Origin: Armatimonadota bacterium | GTDB taxonomy: Bacteria > Armatimonadota > SYMT01 | Reading direction: 5' to 3' | DNA length: 64,000 nucleotides | NCBI GenBank assembly: GCA_041690135.1 | Contig: JAWLHY010000001.1 | Coordinates: forward strand, 480,001-544,000 | Part shown: positions 51,761 to 59,772 of the stretch, piece after piece | How positions within the stretch are numbered: the first letter of the stretch is position 1 | Layout: every line of letters starts with the position of its first letter | Translations under genes and position numbers: made by a program | Notes under the pieces: model-generated | Databases searched by the model: none | What the model was told of the DNA's origin: nothing | What the model saw: the letters and a program-made list of their open reading frames with translations, nothing else

Positions 51761-52579
51761 CGCGCCCCAACCCAGCGGTTCCGCCTTCCGACAACCGGGA
51801 GTTCGCCGGTGCACCTGCTTTTGAAAGCCAGGTGAACTTCCCTTCAGTCTTCGCAGCATCCTCTTAGCGCCCATCGCGGCAGCATGATTGGGCGACTTAC
51901 CTACATCCTGTAGCACCTGAATCAGCCGTGTACCGTACTCGAAGCGAAAGCTGGAATCCGCGGCTTGGAGGACTTGCTGCGCGGGCTCCTCAGCGTACCT
52001 GGCCAGCACTGCATCTCGAAACCTGGGAAGGAGCCCAAGGCTCACAATCTGGCATGCCATTTCCCGAGCGGTGGGCTCTCGACTTTGGAGATACGAAACA
52101 ATACACTGCTTCTCCCGGGGCACTGGGTGGCCATCTATATGCCAAATCAGGGCTCGCAAGGGTGCTTCGAAACTCTCTCGCGGCCCACCATACTGCGACT
52201 CAGCATCTTTCAGATGCTGTTCCGAGAGCGTCAATAGCTCGCCACGAGCTGGAGCATAGGGTCGAAGGTTGCCAAGGATCCAAATCGCCAGGTCCCTGTG
52301 ACGCTCGGTGAGCCGCTGCGTACGGATATGGTCTGAGAACTCTGCGAACAGTTGTGCAAACTCTGCCCTCGGAACCGGTTTCTCTCGCGAATCGGCCATT
52401 CGCCCCGCCACATATTCGATGCGTGCCTGTGCCTCTTTCATCGAAGCCGTGCGGCTTTGCTCGGGCCGAATTGCCCAGGGCTTCGCTAGGGCAGCGCTCT
52501 TCACGGATGGTTGACTGCACCCCAGCAACATCAACGGAACAAGACCGATTAAACACATCCGAATGGCTTTCAGAAGCAC
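51755..52579 (-). CDS. Cassette ORF, putative helical (HEAT-like) lipoprotein
   Basis: Lipobox LLGC; GGGAGG RBS; helical composition. Confidence 0.65.
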   Translation of the reverse strand: MLLKAIRMCLIGLVPLMLLGCSQPSVKSAALAKPWAIRPEQSRTASMKEAQARIEYVAGRMADSREKPVPRAEFAQLFAEFSDHIRTQRLTERHRDLAIWILGNLRPYAPARGELLTLSEQHLKDAESQYGGPRESFEAPLRALIWHIDGHPVPREKQCIVSYLQSREPTAREMACQIVSLGLLPRFRDAVLARYAEEPAQQVLQAADSSFRFEYGTRLIQVLQDVGKSPNHAAAMGAKRMLRRLKGSSPGFQKQVHRRTPGCRKAEPLGWGAV

Positions 52580-52719
52580 GCATGCCTCCCGGCTCTAGCA
52601 TCAGACAGAGGGATTGACGTATGCTACGATCAAAGTCCGACTACCAGGCTATGCTGATATCACTTTCCTCAGTACGCTGCGGATTCAATACACCAGCGGG
52701 CCCGTGCCCCTCAAGCGCG

Positions 52720-52772
52720 GTCTAACGTCAACCTCACCCGTCCGTGCGGATCGGGTGCAGCGCCTGTCAGGC
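52720..52772 (-). repeat. attC site (53 bp)
   Basis: gtctaacgtcaacctcacccgtccgtgcggatcgggtgcagcgcctgtcaggc. Confidence 0.85.
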
Positions 52773-53520
52773 TGCAAATTACACCACTCCAGGTGGAAGG
52801 CAGCCCACGCCAACTGTCCGCTTGATTATACAGCGGCATTGCGATGCCGCCAACAGCAGCGCCACCTGCGGGCGGACGGTGTCTGTGGAACCATTCCTGA
52901 AAAGGCGCCAGTGGGCAGGTACCCTCGCAGTGGGTACCCGCTTCCAGCATCTCAATTACCGGACGGAGCAGTCCCACCTCCCGGTCATCCGCCGCTTCAA
53001 CGACTTCCACAGGCAAGGCGGTTCCGTTTCCCTGAATGCGCATCGTTCTGTCGCCCCTTCGGGGCTTTTCTGTGCGGGGGTCAGGTCCGGATGCTTGCCC
53101 CCCCCCCGCGCGGGCACCCGTCTCTCTCCGCCCCTTCCCTACGGACGCATGCGCCGGGGCTGCGAAACTGGTTCTTGCCGGAAACTGAACCGCCCTGGTT
53201 CCACGGGGCGTGCGTACCCGCGTGACCGTCCGCCAACGGCGGCAGCGCGTGCCGGAGGGGTTTCCACCCCTTGCGCACCGCGACAGTCAGGCCCTGGAGT
53301 TCCGCCAGCGTGAACGCACCGTACGGGGTGGGTGAGAGGGTCGTGGACGGACTCCCTCTGTCCCCCTTTGCGGCCCTTTGCGCCCCTTAGCGTCTTCGCG
53401 GTGCTCTGCCGGTGCAGGAAAAACGCACCTGGCGGAGTAGCTTAGGTACGGGGGCTCCTGCTTCCCGCCCATCATTCCGTGGCAACGGCAGGCCGAGCCA
53501 CTCCCGGACATCGAGTGAGC

Positions 53521-56019
53521 ATGCTGTTTCTTCGTAGCCTCCGCTTCAGCGACCCGCGCACGGCGTGGCTTTGCCGGTCGATGCCGCTCGTGCTGGTGGC
53601 CGGCGGACTGATCGGAGCGGCCCGCGCGAGCGGCGGGGCCACCGAACGTGCGCCCTCCCGGCCCGCTCCCGCCCGCAAGGCGCCGCGAAGGAACACGCCC
53701 GCGCCGGCTGCCCCGCGCCCGGCGCAGCCCGGTTTGGACCCCGCTGTGCTGGCGCGGTTCACCGGGCAGTACTGTCTCGGCTGCCACCGTAAGCCCAACA
53801 GCGCCGCGGGACTGGAGCTCGGCCTCCTGATTGGGCAGCCGGTCGCCCGGCATCCGGAGGCGTGGGAGAAAGTGGTCCGGAAGCTCCGCGCGCGTCAGAT
53901 GCCTCCGGTCGATCACCAGCGTCCGGACGAGCGCACCTATGAAACGGTGGCCGCGGGGCTGGAAGCCGCGCTGGACCGGGCCGCAGCGGCTCGTCCCGAC
54001 CCGGGCCGCACCGAAACGTTCCGGCGGTTGAACGCCACCGAATACCAGAATGCCATCCGCGATCTCCTGGCGCTGGAGATCGATGCCGCGGCGCTGCTGC
54101 CGCCCGAGCCGTCCAGCAACCGTTTCGATAACGTGACGGTCAGCGACCTCTCGCCCACGCTGCTGGACCGCTACCTCTCCGCGGCCCAGAAGATCAGCCG
54201 CATGGCGGTGGGACTGCCGGCGCGCTCCCCGGGCGGCGACACGATTCGGCTTCCGGCGGACCGCACACAGGAGGAGCACGTGCCCGGACTGCCGCTCGGC
54301 ACCCGCGGCGGGGCGCTCATTCCGTACACGTTCCCGGTAACGGGCGAGTACGAGATCTCCGTCCGGCTCAGTCGCGACCGCAACGAAGAGGTCGAAGGGT
54401 TGAAGGAGACGCACGAGCTGGAGCTGCTGCTGGATCGCGAGCGGATCGGGCTGTTCACCGTCCGTCCCCCGCAAGGCAGCGAGGGTCACGCGCAGGTCGA
54501 CCGGCATCTCAAGCAGCGACTCACGGTAACCGCCGGCCCGCACCGGCTGGGGGTGACCTTCTTGAAGAAGCCGTCTGCGCTGCTCGAAACCAAACGCCAG
54601 CCCTATCAGGCGCACTTCAACCTGCACCGGCACCCGCGCCTCTCACCGGCGGTCTATCAGGTCTCGATCACCGGGCCGTTCGGAAAGAACGTGCCCGGCG
54701 ATACGCCCAGTCGCCGCCGGATCTTCTCGGAAGCTGGGAAACCGGCGACCAGGAAGGCGATCGGCAAACCCGCCGAAGAGGAGCAGGCCCGGCAGATCCT
54801 CTCCCGCCTGATGCGGCGCGCGTACCGGCGACCCGTTACCCCGGAGGACCTGCAGACCCCGATGCGGTTCTTCCGCGAGGCACGCGCCGGAGGTCCATTC
54901 GAAGGCGCGATTGAAAGCGCGCTCAGTGCGATCCTCGTCTCCCCGAACTTTCTGTTCCATATCGAGCGCGATCCGCCGGAGGTGGCGCCGAGGACCGCCT
55001 ATCGCATCAGCGACGTGGAGCTGGCTTCCCGGCTGTCGTTCTTCCTCTGGAGCAGCCTGCCGGACGACACGCTGCTCGATCTGGCGGAACGGAAGCAGCT
55101 CAGCCGACCGGAGGTGCTGAACGCCCAGGTGCGCCGGATGCTGGCCGATCCACGTGCGAGCGCACTCGCCACGAACTTCGCCGCGCAGTGGCTGCACCTG
55201 CGGAACCTGGATTCGGCGACCCCGGACCTGCGGGCGTTTCCCGACTTCGACGATAACCTGCGGCAGGCGTTTCGCCGAGAGACGGAGCTCTTTTTCGAGA
55301 GCATCCTGCGCGAGGACCGCAGTGTGCTCGAACTGCTGACCGCGGACTACACCTACCTCAACGAGCGCCTGGCGAAGCACTACGGCATTCCGCATATCTA
55401 CGGCAGCCGCTTCCGCCGTGTCCCGCTGGCGGGGGAGCGCAAACGCGGCGGGCTGCTGCGACACGGAAGCATCCTGACGGTTACGTCCTACGCCACCCGC
55501 ACCTCGCCGGTGCTGCGCGGCAAGTGGGTCCTCGAAAACCTGCTCGGCATGCCGCCGCCCCCGCCGCCCGCGAACGTGCCGGCGCTGAAAGACAATACCG
55601 TGGCGGCCAATCTCACGGTACGCGAGCGGCTTGCGGCCCATCGCGCGAACCCCGCGTGCAAGAGCTGCCACGACGTGATCGATCCGATTGGCTTCTCGCT
55701 GGAGCAGTTCGATGCGATCGGACGCTGGCGCGAGGTTGAAGAGGGTCGCCCGATCGATGCGAGCGGCGGTCTTCCGGACGGCAGCCGGTTCGAAGGAGTG
55801 GCCGGGCTGGAACAGGCGCTGCGGAAGCGGCCCGAGCTGATCGCGCGTGCGCTCGCGGAGAACCTTCTGATGTACGGAGTGGGGCGCGTCGTCGACGAAC
55901 GGGACGCGCCCGCGATCCGGGAGGTCGTTCGCCACGCGAAGAAGGACGATTACCGGTTCTCGTCAGTGGTCATGGGGATCGTGAACAGCGTGCCGTTCTG
56001 CATGCGGAGAACGCCCTAA
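53521..56019 (+). CDS. DUF1587/1595/1592/1588/1585 multidomain protein with c-type haem motifs
   Basis: YCLGCH, RRLNATEYQNAIRDL, LVSPNFLF, LASRLSFFLWSS, TSPVLRGKWVL, CKSCH. Confidence 0.9.
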   Translation: MLFLRSLRFSDPRTAWLCRSMPLVLVAGGLIGAARASGGATERAPSRPAPARKAPRRNTPAPAAPRPAQPGLDPAVLARFTGQYCLGCHRKPNSAAGLELGLLIGQPVARHPEAWEKVVRKLRARQMPPVDHQRPDERTYETVAAGLEAALDRAAAARPDPGRTETFRRLNATEYQNAIRDLLALEIDAAALLPPEPSSNRFDNVTVSDLSPTLLDRYLSAAQKISRMAVGLPARSPGGDTIRLPADRTQEEHVPGLPLGTRGGALIPYTFPVTGEYEISVRLSRDRNEEVEGLKETHELELLLDRERIGLFTVRPPQGSEGHAQVDRHLKQRLTVTAGPHRLGVTFLKKPSALLETKRQPYQAHFNLHRHPRLSPAVYQVSITGPFGKNVPGDTPSRRRIFSEAGKPATRKAIGKPAEEEQARQILSRLMRRAYRRPVTPEDLQTPMRFFREARAGGPFEGAIESALSAILVSPNFLFHIERDPPEVAPRTAYRISDVELASRLSFFLWSSLPDDTLLDLAERKQLSRPEVLNAQVRRMLADPRASALATNFAAQWLHLRNLDSATPDLRAFPDFDDNLRQAFRRETELFFESILREDRSVLELLTADYTYLNERLAKHYGIPHIYGSRFRRVPLAGERKRGGLLRHGSILTVTSYATRTSPVLRGKWVLENLLGMPPPPPPANVPALKDNTVAANLTVRERLAAHRANPACKSCHDVIDPIGFSLEQFDAIGRWREVEEGRPIDASGGLPDGSRFEGVAGLEQALRKRPELIARALAENLLMYGVGRVVDERDAPAIREVVRHAKKDDYRFSSVVMGIVNSVPFCMRRTP

Positions 56020-56044
56020 CCAGGCACTGCCAGGCGCGCAGGCG

Positions 56045-56097
56045 GCGTTACGCCAGGCTCAGCCGTCCATACGGATCGGGCGCAGAGAATGTTAGAA
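56045..56097 (-). repeat. attC site (53 bp, degenerate R')
   Basis: gcgttacgccaggctcagccgtccatacggatcgggcgcagagaatgttagaa. Confidence 0.78.
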
Positions 56098-56102
56098 TCC
56101 GT

Positions 56103-56810
56103 TCAGCGCCTGCCTTCTATCCTCGCGAGATACATGGTAACCTCACGCACCACTTCCCCGGGGTTCGATGGGTCGTAGACTCCTGGGCTGATGGCGTCCG
56201 GGTCACCCGCTGACCACAGCCGAGACACTACCCGGTCCGAACTGGCTGCCCTTGGGGAGTAGGTGCGTATCCAAAGGCTCCCGTAGCCGGGGACAACCCA
56301 GGTCTCATACAGCCTCTTTGCCGTTGCGAAGAGCCGGTCCAGGTCCTGGCCGGTATTCAGGACGATGAAGGTACTTCCATACAACTCGGTCTCCCGGAGT
56401 TGCTCAACCTGAAGAAAGTCAGCCCGAAGCTGCTGCTCCTGAATGCCACGGAGGAGCGCCTCGCATAGCATCTGATCTTCCACCGCCACGATATTGCGGC
56501 TTCGCCCCATCTTCTCCAGATAATCCTGCCAGGCGTCCGGTGGCGGCGGCCACCGCTTCAGGTACGCATCCCGCTCCGTATCACGCTGCTGCCGCCAGAA
56601 GGGGAGGTACACATCACGCAGCCAAGCCTTGTAGATCCCCTGTCTGGACGGCCAGGGTTCCGCAACGGGCGACCAAGGTTTTATCTCGGGAAAGGTAACC
56701 CAAGGCGGGTGAGCTTCGGCCCCCTCCTGGTAGGCTCGGAGCTGTAGGGCGTACCATTCTTCCCATTCGGAAGGGCGTCCTCTCCAGGGCCATTGAAACG
56801 AGAATCGCAT
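56103..56810 (-). CDS. Cassette ORF, Trp/Pro-rich hypothetical protein
   Basis: GGAG RBS; PPWVTFPEI...WRQQ motif; bounded by attC on both sides. Confidence 0.65.
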   Translation of the reverse strand: MRFSFQWPWRGRPSEWEEWYALQLRAYQEGAEAHPPWVTFPEIKPWSPVAEPWPSRQGIYKAWLRDVYLPFWRQQRDTERDAYLKRWPPPPDAWQDYLEKMGRSRNIVAVEDQMLCEALLRGIQEQQLRADFLQVEQLRETELYGSTFIVLNTGQDLDRLFATAKRLYETWVVPGYGSLWIRTYSPRAASSDRVVSRLWSAGDPDAISPGVYDPSNPGEVVREVTMYLARIEGRR

Positions 56811-56838
56811 GGCGAACTCCAGGAGGGCATTCGAAGCG

Positions 56839-56891
56839 GTCTAACGCCAAGCCCACCCGTCCGTACGGATCGGGTGCAGCAACTGTTAGGC
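56839..56891 (-). repeat. attC site (53 bp, near consensus)
   Basis: gtctaacgccaagcccacccgtccgtacggatcgggtgcagcaactgttaggc. Confidence 0.9.
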
Positions 56892-56949
56892 TGCCCCGTT
56901 CAGCAGTATGGGTTGAGACATCCGCCTCGTTCTGGGTCGCCGTGCCTCG

Positions 56950-56958
56950 TGGTAGAAT
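56950..56958 (+). promoter_or_regulatory. Extended -10 promoter for the antitoxin (probably leaderless mRNA)
   Basis: TGgTAGAAT ending 6 nt before the ATG at 56965. Confidence 0.5.
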
Positions 56959-56964
56959 AAGGCC

Positions 56965-57204
56965 ATGACTACCTTCACAGTCCAGGAGATCCAGCTCGAT
57001 CCACGCAATTTCCTGCGTCGCCTCAAAGCGGGAGAGGCATTGGTAGTGGTTGAAGGGGAGCGCGTCCTGGCGCAGGTCCAGCCACTCGCGCCCGCAAGGA
57101 GTGCTTTGCGTCCTTACGGCCTTTGCGCCGGGCAGTTCACCGTCCCGCCGGAGTTTAATCAGGCACTCCCCTCCGGTATCCTGCAGGAACTCGAAGGGAG
57201 TTGA
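56965..57204 (+). CDS. Phd/YefM-like antitoxin (VapB type), orphaned
   Basis: FLRRLKAGEALVV...VLAQVQPL, RPYGLCAGQFTVPPEFNQALP; inverted relative to the array. Confidence 0.8.
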   Translation: MTTFTVQEIQLDPRNFLRRLKAGEALVVVEGERVLAQVQPLAPARSALRPYGLCAGQFTVPPEFNQALPSGILQELEGS

Positions 57205-57230
57205 GACTGCTGCTGCAGGACCTGTTAGAC
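57201..57230 (+). pseudogene. 5-codon VapC-like toxin stub fused to half an attC
   Basis: TTG AGA CTG CTG CTG (MRLLL) overlaps the antitoxin TGA and runs into tgcaggacctgttagac (attC L''/R'' half). Confidence 0.65.
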
Positions 57231-57680
57231 CGCACCCCGGACTTGTCGCCAACCTTCGTGAGTGGGATACCGGCCCACTTCCCGCAGCGTGTCCCGTTCC
57301 AGTAAGCGCTCGCCCGCATTGATTCCAAAGATCCGCACCGTGGCCTCGCCAATTTCCGTGAGCGGAATGATGGTGATGCCATCCACACCCAGGCGGAAAT
57401 GCTCACTCCATTGGTCGGTTCGCGGGTTGAAGAAACGTACCAACCGGTCGGATCCAGGCACCACCGAGGCGATATCACTGCCCTTATTTCGGTTGTAGAA
57501 GAGACAAGCTAGCGCGAGATTTGCCGCTGATGTCGGTCCGCCATGCTTCTCGCTAATGATGTGGTCCACCTCGCAGCCAAAGAAGGTGTCTTCCTCGTGG
57601 ATCAAGCAGTATTCGCACAACCGCTCGGCCCGTGCGAAGGCGAGGCGCCGGAGCTCCGCGCTGATGTAGGAGGTGCTCAC
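57225..57680 (-). CDS. HNH endonuclease
   Basis: CEYC, EVDHIISEKHGG, NLALACLFYNRNKG, FFNPR, WSEHF. Confidence 0.88.
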   Translation of the reverse strand: MSTSYISAELRRLAFARAERLCEYCLIHEEDTFFGCEVDHIISEKHGGPTSAANLALACLFYNRNKGSDIASVVPGSDRLVRFFNPRTDQWSEHFRLGVDGITIIPLTEIGEATVRIFGINAGERLLERDTLREVGRYPTHEGWRQVRGAV

Positions 57681-57685
57681 GAGAT

Positions 57686-57928
57686 CTACTCAGCAGTCAA
57701 GTGCCGCCGCGCCCGAGCCTTTGCCAACCGCATGAGGTGTTCCAGGTGAAGAGCGCTCTGCAACTCCGAGCTCTCTTCCGGCGCCAATCCTGTGGTCTTC
57801 TCTCGGGCCAACAGCTCCGCCACCCGACTACGTGCCGCTTCCGAAGGACGATAATCGGCGATCTCGCGTGGACTCGTTCCTGCACCTAGAAACTCAATGG
57901 TCTCTTCATAGGCTCGTGTTACTGCCAT
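57686..57928 (-). CDS. Small helical partner of the HNH (putative antitoxin)
   Basis: 80 aa, GGAGG RBS, 5 bp upstream of the HNH. Confidence 0.7.
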   Translation of the reverse strand: MAVTRAYEETIEFLGAGTSPREIADYRPSEAARSRVAELLAREKTTGLAPEESSELQSALHLEHLMRLAKARARRHLTAE

Positions 57929-58077
57929 GGCTGGTCCTCCACGCCCAGTATACCGAAATCTGCACCGATGACGGGTCGCCGCAAGCGCAGGGCCTCCGCT
58001 TGGCCGTTGAACACCGCCAACTCGGTGTAGCCTTTTGACTTCTGGATCGCGTCCGGGACCGCAACGTCTTCTGCCAT
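57919..58077 (-). pseudogene. Truncated paralogue of the Clp-N cassette 5' end
   Basis: MAEDVAVPDAIQKSKGYTELA vs MPEDVAVPETIQKSKGFTELA (59564); upstream sequence also shared. Confidence 0.75.
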
Positions 58078-58105
58078 CGTCCTTCCTCTACCCACTGCCG
58101 GAGCA

Positions 58106-58218
58106 GCCTGACCCCACGCTCACCCGCCGGCGGGCTCTGCCTTCCTCATCACGGAGTCGCCCGTCACGCCTTTGGGTGCGGCGACTGGGACGCTGGACAG
58201 GTGCACCGGCTGCTAAGC
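58106..58218 (-). repeat. Long-type degenerate attC with a duplicated R''-side end
   Basis: gcctgaccccacgctcacccgcc...gggtgcggcgactgggacgc then ggtgcaccggctgctaagc. Confidence 0.65.
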
Positions 58219-58224
58219 TGGTAT

Positions 58225-58689
58225 TCAGTTGCTCCCGAACTTCCACCAGGGCCGACGGCCACTCACTTCCTTGACCTCTGCGGGTTCAGCATCGGTCTCG
58301 TAGAGCCGTAGTTTGAGCTGGTCGGATGCCCACGCCATTTCTGCGTCCAGATCCAGGAAGACGCGGTCGCGCCGCTCGCCGTCGAGACCTGACGCGACCC
58401 ATGAGAACACCCCGCGCAACTGCTGGGTGCCCTCATCAGACGATACCTGCAGTTCAAAGGACGTTGCCAGACCGGCACGGGTGACGATGATCTTATCCGG
58501 AGCTTCTTTGGATCTGCGTCCGCCGGTGAGAAAGTCCGGCTCTGGAGCCAGGCGCAGCCAATCGAGACGAGCGGAGGGCGTCTGCGCGCGGAGTAAGCCC
58601 TCGATCTCCCGTCTCACTGCCTGGCTCGGATCATCTCCCAACCAACCCAGCCAGTGATCCCTGGTTGTGAGTGCTGTGAAATCGTCCAT
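58225..58689 (-). CDS. Cassette ORF, hypothetical protein with C-terminal RRPWWKF motif
   Basis: 154 aa, bounded by attC sites. Confidence 0.7.
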   Translation of the reverse strand: MDDFTALTTRDHWLGWLGDDPSQAVRREIEGLLRAQTPSARLDWLRLAPEPDFLTGGRRSKEAPDKIIVTRAGLATSFELQVSSDEGTQQLRGVFSWVASGLDGERRDRVFLDLDAEMAWASDQLKLRLYETDAEPAEVKEVSGRRPWWKFGSN

Positions 58690-58723
58690 TGCAAAGGCCA
58701 GCTCCCGGCTAATGCCAGCTCCC

Positions 58724-58776
58724 GGCTAATGCCAGCCTCACCCGTCCCTTAGGATCGGGTATTGCGCCTGTCAGGC
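58724..58776 (-). repeat. attC site (53 bp)
   Basis: ggctaatgccagcctcacccgtcccttaggatcgggtattgcgcctgtcaggc. Confidence 0.78.
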
Positions 58777-58801
58777 CGTGATCACCAGTCCGCGCACCAA
58801 C

Positions 58802-59002
58802 CTAATGACCATTCACCCCATATAGAACCGAGCGAACAGTGATGTAACACCCGAGCCAGAACGCCAGTTTGAGAAGCACACTCGGAGGATTCGTCAGTGT
58901 CGAACCGATCAACACCATTGTGATCCCCAGACAAAACCAGACGCCTGTCGGTAGGTATCTCAACCACCGGCCCTTCAATGGCCAACTGTCTCTGAGGTTC
59001 AT
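58802..59002 (-). CDS. Cassette ORF, small two-TM protein (66 aa)
   Basis: MNLRDSWPLKGRWLRYLP...; fills the cassette between two attC sites. Confidence 0.6.
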   Translation of the reverse strand: MNLRDSWPLKGRWLRYLPTGVWFCLGITMVLIGSTLTNPPSVLLKLAFWLGCYITVRSVLYGVNGH

Positions 59003-59020
59003 GATGGTTCTCTCGCTGCG

Positions 59021-59073
59021 GCCGAACGCCAGGCTCACCTTTTCCTACGGATCGGGTGCAGCACCTGTTAGGA
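59021..59073 (-). repeat. attC site (53 bp)
   Basis: gccgaacgccaggctcaccttttcctacggatcgggtgcagcacctgttagga. Confidence 0.82.
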
Positions 59074-59081
59074 CACCTCGT

Positions 59082-59564
59082 TTACGCCAGTGGATTCTCT
59101 GCGATGATGCTGCGCACCAGGTCAGGTTGGACGCCGTGTTCGCGCAGCACTTCGGAAGCCAGGCTCTCTTGTAGGAGAAGGCCAAGCAGCAGATACGGGG
59201 TGCTGACGTAGGGACAGTCAAATCGGCGAGCTTCGTCGCGGGCAAATGCCAGCGCCTGTTCTGCGGCTGGCGTCAGCTTCTCCTGCTTGATTAACTCCAG
59301 ATCCCACGGTCCCGACCCGCGCTCGGCTCGCGCCAGGACTGCTTCTCGGATCGTCTCCGGTGTGACTCCGAGGCGTGCCAGGAGGTCCAGAGCCAGCACG
59401 TTCTCCCGAGGCTCCAACAACGCCAGCAAGATGTGCTCCGGTCCGATGGCCTGCTGTCGCAGTCGTATGGCCTTCCCCGGCGCATTGAGCACCGCGGCCA
59501 TTGCCAACTCGGTGAAGCCTTTCGACTTCTGGATCGTCTCCGGGACCGCAACGTCTTCTGGCAT
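59082..59564 (-). CDS. Cassette ORF, stand-alone Clp N-terminal (Clp-R double repeat) protein
   Basis: IGPEHILLALL, LLARLGV, LTPAAEQAL...EARRF...VSTPYLLLGLL. Confidence 0.82.
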   Translation of the reverse strand: MPEDVAVPETIQKSKGFTELAMAAVLNAPGKAIRLRQQAIGPEHILLALLEPRENVLALDLLARLGVTPETIREAVLARAERGSGPWDLELIKQEKLTPAAEQALAFARDEARRFDCPYVSTPYLLLGLLLQESLASEVLREHGVQPDLVRSIIAENPLA

Positions 59565-59583
59565 TGTCCTTTGTCCACCCACT

Positions 59584-59729
59584 GTGGTTTTAAGCCCACG
59601 TCCTCTTGCGCGCCGCAATTCAGGATCCCGTCCAGATGAACCCAGGCCGGGCATCGGCTTGTAGTAGCGTGGCTTTAGCCCGGGTCCCCTCGCGATCAGC
59701 AATTCAGGATCCCGTCCAGGTGAACCCAA
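59584..59729. repeat. Two tandem ~84-bp direct repeats with REP-like motif
   Basis: gcaattcaggatcccgtccagRtgaaccca at 59615 and 59699; each preceded by gtggYttta(a)gccc. Confidence 0.8.
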
Positions 59730-59772
59730 GTCGACGTTATGAAGAACCAGGAAGCGCTTGTCCTATTCGGAG

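Noticed and set aside
52711-53043. 110-aa cassette ORF
   Set aside because: It reads through the attC and has no recognisable motifs; more likely a decayed cassette
53270-53292. Possible further attC half (gcgacagtcaggc)
   Set aside because: Too short, no matching arm, plausible by chance in GC-rich DNA
59615-59728. Mini-CRISPR
   Set aside because: Only two units, similarity extends into the would-be spacers, no cas genes
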